A DNA stretch of 64,000 nt, from the NCBI GenBank assembly GCA_034667465.1, contig JAXDJV010000014.1, forward strand, positions 209 to 64,208. The letters are read 5' to 3'. Shown here piece after piece: positions 28,501 to 37,166 of the stretch. The stretch is from Acidobacteriota bacterium (lineage in GTDB: Bacteria; Acidobacteriota; Thermoanaerobaculia; Gp7-AA8). Position 1 is the stretch's first letter, and each line of letters starts with the position of its first letter. The position numbers were made by a program, and so were the translations under genes. Under the pieces are notes generated by a model. That model was given only the letters and a program-made list of their open reading frames with translations, was not told the DNA's origin and did no database searches.

Positions 28501-28743
28501 GATGCTCTCCATGATGTCGGGCGAGGCGAGGAAGATCGCATCGGCGACTTCCGGACGACTGAGCAACGCCTGCAACCGCTCGCGCAACAGCGTGCGATCT
28601 TGCGTCAACGCGTCCTCGAGGGTTGTGTCATCAGCTGACGCTGCGCGCAGTCCATCCGTCCACGCATCGAGCGTTTCGCGTGGAAGCAACGGCGTGCGCA
28701 TTACCACCAGACCGCTCGCGCCGAACTCTGTTGGGATGGTCAT
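25519..28743 (-). CDS. lanB: Class I lanthipeptide dehydratase LanB (full length, about 1074 aa)
   Basis: The true start is taken at MTIPTEFGASGLVVMRTPLLP, the hallmark LanB N-terminus. The length fits glutamylation plus elimination domains. The 354 codons upstream in the ORF track are Arg-rich read-through. Confidence 0.85.
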   Translation of the reverse strand: MTIPTEFGASGLVVMRTPLLPRETLDAWTDGLRAASADDTTLEDALTQDRTLLRERLQALLSRPEVADAIFLASPDIMESIGAWRREPDSKKGRRTEQGLVRYFLRMVTRSTPFGLFSGCTPGRIGEQTRLALTERNAYRRHSRLDMDYLHALCEHLARIPEIRSDLTFRPNSTLYETAGRLRFAESRVAGRQRTYHLVAFDAFDALRDTLQRARGGARLRELAEALVASDPDGEITMEDAAAFVDDVVDNQLLLPDLALAVTGDESTADLLQQLEGVAAAGDARTRLAGAAHALASIDRCASSSTEERYRLIARELEPLGVPVELRRLFQVDLIKPPSDVVLGENVVAEILRGVEILHLFSQQRGEPAFDEFRSAFSERYGSDREVPLLVALDEENGIGYERAGSAAAEASPLLAGLPLRSRVERQRVALGPSDAVLLQLLVRALGEGRTEIELIDEDLARLQNIDRPPLPDAFHAMATIAATSPEAVERGDYRVHLHFASGPSGARMLGRFCHADAAIREGVEQHLAAEEALRPGALFAEIVHLPAGRIGNILARPVLRKYEIPFLGRSGAPEDAQIPLDDLLVSVSGDRIRLRSKRLDREVIPRLTSAHNTTSESLGVYRFLAAVSQGLGMQWNWGPLETLPFLPRIVSGRLVLARARWRIMSAQIQTIAASSGAARYRAVQRLREEHRMPRYVVLTDGDHELLVDFENVLALDAVVELVRNREDFVFTELYPAPDQLCAEGPEGSFFHELVIPFAKRAPVAAPAPAVRKSPAPLIQRTFAPGSEWLFAKFYTGTATADRVLAEEIAPLAADAIANSAADRWFFIRYSDPHWHLRIRFHGDPRTLRESVQPALQAAGSRLLDAGLAWKVQFDTYEREVERYGGAEAIDLVEEIFFRDSVAVIELLEACSGDAGSASRAPFIAAGIDTLLRDFGCDAAGRLRLAETSRDLLAKQFQYEAVRELLAERFRRERGAFQRLVDESTSVRALQRRSEAIAGVVAELIALERRGRLQMPLQAILQSVIHMFVNRLSRSAGPEHELVVYDYLVQLYRSQLARSGGPRVNRATALRGSR

Positions 28744-29444
28744 GACGCGATCGCTCCACGTTGAGTTTCGATGCGTGGCGGAATGCTGACGACCATCAGC
28801 CGATCCCATGACGGCTCGACGTCGGTAGCCGCGGCGAGCAACGCGAGACCGATGCCGGCGATGCCGGAGAGGAATCCCGGCTCGCCTCTCCACGAACCTT
28901 CTGCGCTCGGAGTCGATTCGTACCAGCTGAGAAATCCTGCGAGGCCTTTGCCGGGCCGGCGCATGTCGAGCGCGATCCGATACCACCGCAGCGCGGCTTC
29001 GCGAAGCTCGTCGTCGCCGGTCGCCTGCCAGATGCGGTTGAAGAGGTGCGCAACGCCGGTTGCTCCGTGACACAGACCGGCGTCGGCGACCATCGTGTCT
29101 TCGACTGAGCGCCGCGCCGCGACGCGCGCGATGCTGATCGCTTCGTCGCGCCATTCGGAGCGGTCGAACGCATGCGCGGCGGAAAGCAGCACCGCGGCGA
29201 CGCCGAGGTCGCCGTAGCACCACGCCGTGCGCGTTGGCCGCGGCGCGGAATCGGGTGGAATGTGCGATGGGAACAGCGAGCCGGGCCAGATGCCTTTCTG
29301 CGCGAGCACCCATTGCACCGCGTCGTTCGCGAGTTGCGCGACGCGCCGATCGCGCACGCCGGCATGCTGCGCGGCGGCGAGAAAACCGATCACGCCCGGG
29401 ATGCCGTGCGCGACGCCGAGGTTGTAGTGGCCGCGCGGCATCAA
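28740..29444 (-). pseudogene. lanC: LanC cyclase, C-terminal half only (GxAHG, WCYG and CHG Zn-ligand motifs present; N-terminal about 200 aa missing)
   Basis: HYNLGVAHGIPGVIGFLA, TAWCYGDLG and AGLCHGATGVAHL. The same frame continues upstream only about 35 codons (...DENGAWFSIPDWLPDWQRELMPRGH) before a stop. ATGA overlap with lanB. Confidence 0.7.
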
Positions 29445-29504
29445 CTCGCGCTGCCAGTCCGGCAGCCAGTCGGGAATCGAGAACCACGCGCCGTTTTCGT
29501 CGCG

Positions 29505-29694
29505 CGAAGAGGCCAGCAGTCCCCGCGGCCGTGAGCAACCGTTGCGCGTCGAGGCCGTGCCGCGAGAGACCGGTCACGCCGCGCACGTCGTCGAGCGAGA
29601 CGTGTCTGCCGTGCAGTGCCAGCGTCATCGCCAGACATGCCGAGCCGCAGTCCGTTGCCGCGGTCTGCGCGACGAAGGGGATGCGTTTAGCCAT
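29505..29694 (-). pseudogene. Fragment of a C39 bacteriocin-processing peptidase domain (first about 65 aa, lacking the His/Asp half)
   Basis: MAKRIPFVAQTAATDCGSACLAMTLALHGRHVSLDDVRGVTGLSRHGLDAQRLLTAAGTAGL matches the Q...CG.A.LAM...G..SL..LR......G.S..G...AA...G pattern of C39 domains. It then runs out of frame into lanC. Confidence 0.45.
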
Positions 29695-30586
29695 GACCGA
29701 GTCCCACCGCGAAGACGAGTGCCAGCAGCAGCGCGGCGACGGTGGCCACCGCGAGCCACGGTGTGCCGCGCGTCCATGCGGCGTTGAGTCGCAGCGGTTC
29801 GGCACCGGCGAGCAGCGGCTGATCGATCTCGCGCAGCGCGTTGTGCCGAAACGGACTGCCCGGCGTTTCGATCAGCCACGTGACAAGGTAGGGACTGGCA
29901 TGCGCGGCAAGTGCTTCGAGCATCGCGACGTCCTTCGGCTCGAACGGCGGATCGTGTTCCGGCCGGAGCGCGATGAGCACCGCGACGATCGCGCCGCGCG
30001 GATCGCTGTCGAGCCGCGTCAGACAGACGGTCATCCCTGTCCGCACGATGAAACTGACGAGGCCGACCGCGGCGCTCGCTTCTTCGCTCGCGTCGCCCGG
30101 ACTCCAGAGCACCTGGTGCTCGCGCTCGAACAACACGCAGCGGCTGCGACGGGTCTCGATGACGCTGCCGATCGCGCGCTCGACCGCATCGGCGACGTCG
30201 GCGACATTCTCCGCCGTCGCCATCCTCCGCAAATCCTCGGCGGGCAGAAACAGCTCGTCCGAACCTTCACGCCCATCGATCGCGCGCGCGCCGTCGATCA
30301 GCGCGTCGAGCTGGCGTTCCGGAAGGTCACCGCATGAGAGATAGAAGAGCCGATCGGCGTCGATGAGCGGCTGAAAGTCCGCGAGCTGGTCACGCGCAGT
30401 GAGAACGATGCTCGTACAGCGCGTGCCCTTCCCGGCGAAGAGGTCGAGTACCGCGATCACATCGCATGCGACGGCCCCGGGACCAAAGACGAGGACAGCG
30501 CGCTCGTGTTCCCGAATCGCGTCGAGCTGCGCGCGATCGATCGACGATTTGATGCGGTAGAGCGGCTGCGCGCTGGCACTCATCAC
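29687..30586 (-). CDS. Hypothetical protein with GAF-like domain and C-terminal TM helix
   Basis: 299 aa. The central VGLVSFIVRTGMTVCLTRLDSDPRGAIVAVLIAL block is GAF-like. C-terminal hydrophobic helix TPWLAVATVAALLLALVFAVGLG. Confidence 0.4.
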   Translation of the reverse strand: MMSASAQPLYRIKSSIDRAQLDAIREHERAVLVFGPGAVACDVIAVLDLFAGKGTRCTSIVLTARDQLADFQPLIDADRLFYLSCGDLPERQLDALIDGARAIDGREGSDELFLPAEDLRRMATAENVADVADAVERAIGSVIETRRSRCVLFEREHQVLWSPGDASEEASAAVGLVSFIVRTGMTVCLTRLDSDPRGAIVAVLIALRPEHDPPFEPKDVAMLEALAAHASPYLVTWLIETPGSPFRHNALREIDQPLLAGAEPLRLNAAWTRGTPWLAVATVAALLLALVFAVGLGHG

Positions 30587-30674
30587 CGGCCGAGTTTGCT
30601 GCGCGTCGATCGCGCGCCGAAGACGAAAGGGACGGATGCAGCAGATTCAGGGATGGGTGGGGCGGGGGTGGGGA

Positions 30675-31370
30675 TTATGGAACCGCCCGTGAGAGGGCGG
30701 TGTCCTGGACCGCGTGTCCAAGCGCTTGCCGAGACTCGCTATCGATCGCCTGCGATGATCGGCGAATCGATGACACCATTTTCGGGGGAAGACGCTTCCA
30801 TTCCTTGCGCAGATCCATCGGGCGGTCCTCTGCGAGAACCTCAATAAGTTGTACGGCCTGTCGCCGGTCTTTGCGCGCCTTCTGCTGCTCGGACACCGGT
30901 CGTCTCTCCGCGACCCAGAGTTTGTGCAGTGCGAAGGCGGCCGGTGTTGGTATCTGCACGAGGATTCCGGCGCCGGCGAGGACGGCGGCTTCCGTACTTT
31001 CGGCAAGGAGATATCCGAGGCCGGGCAGCGGTTGAGCGGCAGCATTGAGCTGCGGAAGATGCACCGGCTTCGCACCGTCCCGATTGCCGGGTGTCAGGAG
31101 ATCTACGCGGAGGTCGGGGCCGCGAACTTTGAACGACGTGCCTGGGTGGTGCGGATCGAGCTCCGGTATGGCAAAGAAGCGCGGGTCGGAAACACGGAGC
31201 GTCTCCAGAATGTCGACACGGATCGCGGCGACGCCGACACTGATCGCCGGTTGCGCGACATCGTCGTCGTCGGTTCGACCCGTTTGCTGTTCGAATCGCA
31301 CTGCCAGCATGTTGGCGATGCAAATGAACGCCTGCGTGCCGATGCGAGCCTTGCAGCTCAAGCACCTGGC
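30675..31370 (-). CDS. Hypothetical protein (possible nucleotidyltransferase-fold); the 5' end abuts or overlaps a tRNA-derived repeat
   Basis: 237-aa ORF with no decisive motifs. The ...LHKLWVAERRPVSEQQKARKDRRQAVQLIEVL segment is reminiscent of nucleotidyltransferase/toxin-fold proteins. The start is uncertain. Confidence 0.3.
   Translation of the reverse strand, partial: ARCLSCKARIGTQAFICIANMLAVRFEQQTGRTDDDDVAQPAISVGVAAIRVDILETLRVSDPRFFAIPELDPHHPGTSFKVRGPDLRVDLLTPGNRDGAKPVHLPQLNAAAQPLPGLGYLLAESTEAAVLAGAGILVQIPTPAAFALHKLWVAERRPVSEQQKARKDRRQAVQLIEVLAEDRPMDLRKEWKRLPPKMVSSIRRSSQAIDSESRQALGHAVQDTALSRAVP
30681..30712 (-). repeat. Degenerate copy of the anticodon-arm plus D-arm segment of the tRNA-Glu gene (about 31 of 35 nt identical)
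   Basis: aaccgcccgtgagagggcggtgtcctggacc versus tRNA region accgccgtgagagggcggcgtcctggacc. Confidence 0.5.
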
Positions 31371-31423
31371 GGGTAGTTGGCAGCGCATACGGATTTGAAC
31401 CCGTGTTACCGCCGTGAGAGGGC
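31371..31423 (-). repeat. Direct repeat of the 3' half of tRNA-Glu plus 8 nt of 3' flank (attachment-site-like repeat, candidate attR)
   Basis: gggtagttggcagcgcatacggatttgaacccgtgttaccgccgtgagagggc matches 37362-37418 with 3 differences, in the same orientation. Confidence 0.7.
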
Positions 31424-31664
31424 TATAGCGGCGAATCTATATCTATCTGATTCCAAATGTTTAGCGCGACATCGCCATCTTGCGGGTCCGCCGAAATATG
31501 CCATTTCGGGCACCTCCAAGGCCAAGTATGCGATGGGTTTTGCGAAGGCAACTACCCCGGCCACAGTTGCGGAAACGATTGACCGAGGTCTGACCTCCAA
31601 CGCATTCCGCCTTCACTGTAACGAATTGCTCTCTTTCGTCACTACACAAGGTGAGGAGATCCAT

Positions 31665-34604
31665 ATGTCACACGTCACCGGGACGCTCCAGCCAGTCGCG
31701 CCGTCGAAGACCATCGGCCCCGGAACGGGGGATCCGCCCAGCTCACCAGGGGTGTGGAGTTTCAACTTCATTCCCACGGACGCGCCCGGCGGAACCAAGC
31801 TGGCGGTGCTGCATTTCAAGAACGTCAGCCTTCCCGGCACGAGTAAGCTCGAAGTGGATCTGGGCTATGCCACAGACGTCTTCACCTCCGCCGACGGCGC
31901 TGAGTTTTGGACGCGTCCCGCGAACATCTATCCCGCCGCCCTCGGCGGACTCGATGGCAAAGTCCCGATCCGCTACATTCAGGGCGGCGGCGCGGGAACC
32001 GTGGAGCTCGATGTCTGGGGTCGCGGCGAACAGCATGCCGGCGAGCCCGGTCATCCCAGCATCTCGAACTCCGACCCGTTTCAGAAGGAACTCAACTACG
32101 TCGAGCCGACGTATGACCCGTTCTGGTTTTGCGTCAATCCACCGAACTGGGAGAACGCGTCGAAGGTGGTCGATCCCGACGTCCGGGCGCATGTTGCGCG
32201 AAGCGTCGGCATGATCCTCACCGTCGAGAAAAGCACCTCCAGCCCCACCATTCAGCTCTCCACGTGCTCGGTGACACTGATCGATACCGACAAGATCATC
32301 ACCGCCGGGCACTGCCACACGCCCCAGGAAGCACTCAACAGTGCCGTCACGTTCGACTGGCGCCTGACCGCCGACGGCAAGAGGCCGAATCCGTACACCT
32401 GCCGCTTCTACAAGGTAAAGAGCGTCGTCAAGCATCATTACGCCGGCGGCTTCGACTACAGCATTCTCCGGCTCGCGGAAGCACCAGTGGGTATTCCGAT
32501 CGTGCAGATGCGACACGATCTCCCCGGCGTCGGCGAGCATGTGTTCGGAGTTCACCAACCGAACGGCGCGCCGAAGAAGTTGTCCGTTCCCCATCCTGGA
32601 TTCGACACTGTGGTGACCAGCGCGGCGATGTCGATCACCGTGCCGACGAACTTCCACGTGTCGGGCGGCAGCTCCGGATCGGGACTCTTCGACACGGCCG
32701 GCCGAATCGTCGGCGTGCTGTCGAACGGCGACCCCTGCGGCGGCGGCGCGCTGTCGTACTTCCCCACGGCCACGGTCATGACCGATCTGGTCCCCGTTCC
32801 CCCACCAGCAGTAACGCGCGATGTGATGGTGGTCTTCGACCGGTCCGGCAGCATGTCGCTCGACGACGGCACCGGGCGCAAGAAGATCGATGTCGCGCGC
32901 GACGCCGTCTCGCTATTCGTGCAACTGGTCAAATCGTCCGCCGGCAATCGCGCCGGTCTCGTGTCATTCAGCACCACGGCCAGCATGCCGGTCGACTTCG
33001 CGATCACCAGCGTCACCGATCCGCACAAGCTCGCGCTGATTGGGCCGGCGCCGTATTCGGGAGGCAAGGTCGGAGCGTTGATGCCTGGCGGGGCGACAAG
33101 CATCGGCGAAGGGCTCGATGCGGCACGTCTGCAGTTCCCTGCGCCCGGCGTGAATCCGCGCGCGATCCTGCTGCTCACCGACGGCCTGCAGAACACGCCG
33201 CGCATGATCGGCGACGTCGAAGGAGCTCTGGCGGGTATCGACTTGCACGCCATCGGATTCGGAACCGATGCCAGTCTCGACGGCGCGATCCTCAACAATC
33301 TCGCTGCGGCGCACAACGGCTTCTATACCCGCGCCGCCAACGGCCTGTCTCTCGAGAAGTTCTTCTCTCATGCGTTCGGAAATATCTTCGAAAACGGCGT
33401 TCTGTTTGATCCGGAGTTCGATCTTCCGGCCACCCAGAGAGAATCGAAACCGCTGTCGTTCAATATCTGCGGCGAGGAAACGGTGACCGCGATCATCGGA
33501 TGGAACGAAGTCAACGGTGCGCTTCGTATCAACGTCCGGACTCCCGGCGGCGCGCTCATCACCGGAGCATCACCCGGCGTCATCGAGAACTCCGGCCGGA
33601 CGTGGTCGTTCCTGCGCATGCCGCTGCCTCAAGGAGCGGAACGCGACGGCGTCTGGACGCTGACCGTGGTCCGTCCCGGCGGCGGCGAGTTTCCGCCTCC
33701 ATCACCAGATCTACGTTACTTTGTCAGCGTCGTCCCCACCGGCGGTCCGCGTCTGCGGCGGATGCCGGACAAGCGCCGCTACTACACCGGCCAGACGATC
33801 AATCCGCTGGTCGAGCTTCGCTACGACGACAACACGTGGCCCGAACGAGTGCACAAAGTCGAGATCACGATATCGATTCCGACGATCAATGCCGGAACTT
33901 TGCTCTCGCGTGGGGGACTCCGGCCGCCGATGACGATCGACGCCGATACAGTCCCCTCGAGGCAGACGACCCTGCTCGCTCTCGAACAACACGGCAAGCC
34001 GGTGATCGGATACCACGAGCAGACGTTCGAGCTCAGCGGCGAATCGGCGGATACGGATGGGCAATTCGAAGAAGCGGCGGTGTTCGGTAGGCGCTTTACG
34101 GATCTTCTCGCCGCGGAAGGCAACTACACGTTCCACTGCCGCGCAACGTACGGCGAAGGCTGCACTGCAACGCGTGAAATGCTTTGGAGCGTTCACGTCG
34201 ACATCGGCATCGATCCGTCGCATACCGTCACGACAAGCACGACGACAACGACGCATCCCGACGGCTCGACGACCGGAACGGTTACGTTTACACCGCGCGA
34301 CCGCTACGACAACAACCTCGGGCCCGGCCGCACCGACGGCATTTCCATCGCTGGCATCTCCGGCACGTCCGTGACCGGACCGCCGGTCGACAATGGCGAC
34401 GGTTCCTACACCGTGCCGGTCTTGGTCGCGGCCGGCGCCGATCCCGGCGTCGTCATCGTCCAACCCGGCCTCCCCCCCATCGTTGTCGCACCGTCCAAAC
34501 CCGCTCCGCTGGTGCCTCGCAAGGACTGCAAGACGTGGAAGTGGCTCTTCTGGATACTGCTATTCATCATTGTCGTGCTCCTGGTCCTATTGTTCTTGAA
34601 ATAG
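31665..34604 (+). CDS. Large exported protein with a trypsin-like serine peptidase domain, a von Willebrand factor A domain and a C-terminal TM anchor
   Basis: The start is chosen at MSHVTGT, which has GAGGAG 6 nt upstream. Trypsin-like motifs (ITAGHC ... GGSSGSGLF). vWA MIDAS motif (VVFDRSGSM ... LLLTDG). C-terminal WKWLFWILLFIIVVLLVLLFLK helix. Confidence 0.7.
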   Translation: MSHVTGTLQPVAPSKTIGPGTGDPPSSPGVWSFNFIPTDAPGGTKLAVLHFKNVSLPGTSKLEVDLGYATDVFTSADGAEFWTRPANIYPAALGGLDGKVPIRYIQGGGAGTVELDVWGRGEQHAGEPGHPSISNSDPFQKELNYVEPTYDPFWFCVNPPNWENASKVVDPDVRAHVARSVGMILTVEKSTSSPTIQLSTCSVTLIDTDKIITAGHCHTPQEALNSAVTFDWRLTADGKRPNPYTCRFYKVKSVVKHHYAGGFDYSILRLAEAPVGIPIVQMRHDLPGVGEHVFGVHQPNGAPKKLSVPHPGFDTVVTSAAMSITVPTNFHVSGGSSGSGLFDTAGRIVGVLSNGDPCGGGALSYFPTATVMTDLVPVPPPAVTRDVMVVFDRSGSMSLDDGTGRKKIDVARDAVSLFVQLVKSSAGNRAGLVSFSTTASMPVDFAITSVTDPHKLALIGPAPYSGGKVGALMPGGATSIGEGLDAARLQFPAPGVNPRAILLLTDGLQNTPRMIGDVEGALAGIDLHAIGFGTDASLDGAILNNLAAAHNGFYTRAANGLSLEKFFSHAFGNIFENGVLFDPEFDLPATQRESKPLSFNICGEETVTAIIGWNEVNGALRINVRTPGGALITGASPGVIENSGRTWSFLRMPLPQGAERDGVWTLTVVRPGGGEFPPPSPDLRYFVSVVPTGGPRLRRMPDKRRYYTGQTINPLVELRYDDNTWPERVHKVEITISIPTINAGTLLSRGGLRPPMTIDADTVPSRQTTLLALEQHGKPVIGYHEQTFELSGESADTDGQFEEAAVFGRRFTDLLAAEGNYTFHCRATYGEGCTATREMLWSVHVDIGIDPSHTVTTSTTTTTHPDGSTTGTVTFTPRDRYDNNLGPGRTDGISIAGISGTSVTGPPVDNGDGSYTVPVLVAAGADPGVVIVQPGLPPIVVAPSKPAPLVPRKDCKTWKWLFWILLFIIVVLLVLLFLK

Positions 34605-35645
34605 AACGTGACGTCCCGCCGCCTACGCGGTGGGGCGTTTGCGCTCTTGCACAGTGGGGACCGGCACTGCGAGTCTCGTCGGGTGACGAGGAGTGACATT
34701 AGGCGGCTGGATGGGGTCACACCTTTCTTCCTTGTTTCGCATCCCAAGCTGGGTCAGACCTTCGTTTCGACTCCGCCGCAAAACGAGGGTGTGACCCCAC
34801 TCTCGTGCGCCAAGGGTGATTATTAGCAGGCCAACCCGGGGAACGTTGCGTGGCCGTTAACCGGTGGGGCAACGCGCGCCGCGCACCCGTGTGGCAATGC
34901 CACGCGCCGGGCGTACATCGTGCGCGTCCCCTGCTGCAGTGTTGGTGTAGCGCTGGAACATATAAAGGCTGTGGCTGCGGCCACAGCACTCCAAGCGGTC
35001 TCGCGAGTGGGGTGTTTCCTGGACGAAGATTGGACCTGCCGATGAGGCACGATCAAGACGCAACCTGGCAGCTGCGCCGCGAACGGTACTCGTCCTGGAG
35101 TGCTGTAGCCGCGGCTACAGCCTTCGGTGACCAGCGACTGGAGTTCGATCAGCCCCTTCGGCGCTCGTGGACTTCGGGCCGGTCCATCCGGGGCAGCACT
35201 TCGCGCGGAAACTCGACGGCCACCGACTTTTCGAGAATGGAGACGGAGACGATCAGGCGCAAGGCGCCGCGCTCCTGCAGCACGACGCCGGTGTACCGCT
35301 GATGAGCCTTCCTTGATGTCCACCGGGCGCCGACGGTGATCTCGTCGATGGGGGTCAGGACGGCGCCGCTGGCCTGGAGCTGCCGGATCTGCAACAGTTC
35401 GGCGGTGAGCCTCGGCTGGCCGGGACCTCGAGCATGTTGGCACGGCGTTGGTGCGCCAGAGCGTCTCGCGGAGTCCCTGCACCCGCGGACGAAGATGTAG
35501 CCGGGAACAGCGGCAGGTGCGAGACGAACGTCCTCCCGGCGAGGTAAACCCAGTCGCGGAGATAGCTGCTGCGCGATGTATTACGGCGTTATAGCCAGCC
35601 TTCTGTTAATATCTCCGCTTCAGCTTCAGCACAGCGAGGATACTT

Positions 35646-37166
35646 ATGCGTCGAGCCGCCTGCATGCTCATGGTGTGGCTGGTCGCCGTCATTGCTCTTG
35701 GCGAGACGGGCAAGCCGCGCACCGATGTCAACCTGCGCACCGCGCCGAACACGCGGAGGAGCAGAGTCATCGCCGTGTTGAGCACGGCCGACACCTTCGA
35801 GATCCTCGAGACGCGGCGCACGTGGTGTCGCGTGCGCGTGGCGGGCAGCAGCGCCGAGGGCTGGCTGGCGAAAAAATACGTCGAAATGATTCCCGCCGCG
35901 CCGCCGGCGCCCGCTCCCGTTGCCACTGAGGGTGGCGGCACGCTGGCCACTCTGCTCGTTCTCCTCTTGATCGGAGCGTTGCTGGGCGGTGTCGGCTACT
36001 CCGCCGGGCAACAGCCCGATTCCGCGACGAGCAAACGCTGGGCCGTTTTCATCGCCAGTTTCGCTCTGGGTACGTTCTACATCGGCTTCACGCTGCCGAA
36101 GGGATTGGCGACGCTCGGCGCCGAGCGGCAATGGCTGGCGGTCCAGCGCCTCGGCGAATGGAGCCTCGCATTTAATCAGCGACTGGCCGGCGCCATTCCC
36201 GACTTCTCCACGTTGATGCGTTACGTCGCGTGGGCGGTCGTGATCTACCTCGTCTCGCTGCTGATCCTCGGCGTGCACCACGGACAGCTGAACCTGTTCG
36301 GATGGGGCGCGGCCACGCTCGCGTTTTCCGTGGCGATTCTGCACGTGCTGATCTGGGTGTCGTTCATCGTGGCGAAGATCGTAATGTTCGTCTTGTGGGT
36401 CTTCGGAGGGATCGCGCGGTTCTTCGGCGCCGTGCTCACGTGGATCCTCCAGGCCATCTTCGCGATTTTCGTGTGGATCTATGAGCTGCTCGCAAACTGG
36501 CTCGGCGCGTTCTGGTGGATCGTGCCCGTCGCAGGCGTCGTCGTGATGCTGGCGCTGATGCTGCGATCACGCACCAGCCCGAAAGACCTGCTCGCGCTCA
36601 TCGGCCGCGTTCTGCTCGCGGGCGCGGCGGCGAGCGGAGTGTTGTTCGCGCTGATCCGGGCCTGGCGGTGGATCGAGCCGATTCTGGTCGCGCTCGCGAC
36701 ATTCCTGCGAGCGGTCGTGCTGTTCATCGTCGCTCTGATCGCGAAGCTTTTGCTGGGTGCGTTGTTGATCGTGGCAGTGGCGACGGTCGGACAGTTGCTG
36801 CTCGATCAGATCAACGGCGCGCTCTCCGCGGGACGCCGTCGCTACGGCGTCATCATCGGAGCGGTCGCCATCGGCAGTTCCATCGCGGTCCTGCTCTTCA
36901 TCAGCAACCTTTATGGTGTGACCGGATGGCTGCCATCCCAGGTGACGGAGTTTGCGACGCACTACCTCCACCAGCCGGCGCCGCTGCTCGACGCGGTGAT
37001 CGCGCTTGCAGTCGTCGCCCTGAGCGTCGTCGGCGTGTGGCGCAACATGCCGGCGATGGGCCAGGAGCCGACCCTGGCGGAGTTCGGCAAGTCGATGGTC
37101 TACGTCATCGCAGGCATCTGCGTGACCGGCGCGCTCGGCGCGATCGCGGGACAGACGGAGAGTTGA
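35646..37166 (+). CDS. Polytopic membrane protein with N-terminal SH3b domain
   Basis: Signal peptide, SH3_3-like segment (VNLRTAPNTRRSRVIAVLSTADTFEILETRRTWCRVRVAGSSAEGWLAKKYVE), then at least 10 predicted TM helices. Confidence 0.6.
   Translation: MRRAACMLMVWLVAVIALGETGKPRTDVNLRTAPNTRRSRVIAVLSTADTFEILETRRTWCRVRVAGSSAEGWLAKKYVEMIPAAPPAPAPVATEGGGTLATLLVLLLIGALLGGVGYSAGQQPDSATSKRWAVFIASFALGTFYIGFTLPKGLATLGAERQWLAVQRLGEWSLAFNQRLAGAIPDFSTLMRYVAWAVVIYLVSLLILGVHHGQLNLFGWGAATLAFSVAILHVLIWVSFIVAKIVMFVLWVFGGIARFFGAVLTWILQAIFAIFVWIYELLANWLGAFWWIVPVAGVVVMLALMLRSRTSPKDLLALIGRVLLAGAAASGVLFALIRAWRWIEPILVALATFLRAVVLFIVALIAKLLLGALLIVAVATVGQLLLDQINGALSAGRRRYGVIIGAVAIGSSIAVLLFISNLYGVTGWLPSQVTEFATHYLHQPAPLLDAVIALAVVALSVVGVWRNMPAMGQEPTLAEFGKSMVYVIAGICVTGALGAIAGQTES

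Noticed and set aside
28744-29805. N-terminal 354 codons of the 1428-aa ORF 25519-29805
   Set aside because: Arg-rich read-through in the lanB frame. The real lanB starts at MTIPTEF (28743). The same DNA encodes the lanC half and the C39 fragment in other frames.
29445-30050. Search for the missing N-terminal about 200 aa of LanC
   Set aside because: No frame on the minus strand gives LanC-like GxAGxG repeats here. The region instead encodes the C39 fragment and the C-terminus of a GAF-like protein, so lanC is genuinely truncated in this sequence.
34823-35482. 219-aa minus-strand ORF in the gene-free part of the islet
   Set aside because: Arg/Pro/Ala-rich with no motifs. It overlaps palindromic hairpins. 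I looked for integrase or transposase signatures in all frames and could not support any.
34600-35650. Possible tmRNA, tRNA or other known ncRNA in the structure-rich non-coding kilobase
   Set aside because: A GAGTTCGATCAGCC segment superficially resembles a T-arm, but I could not fold a cloverleaf or tmRNA tRNA-like domain around it.
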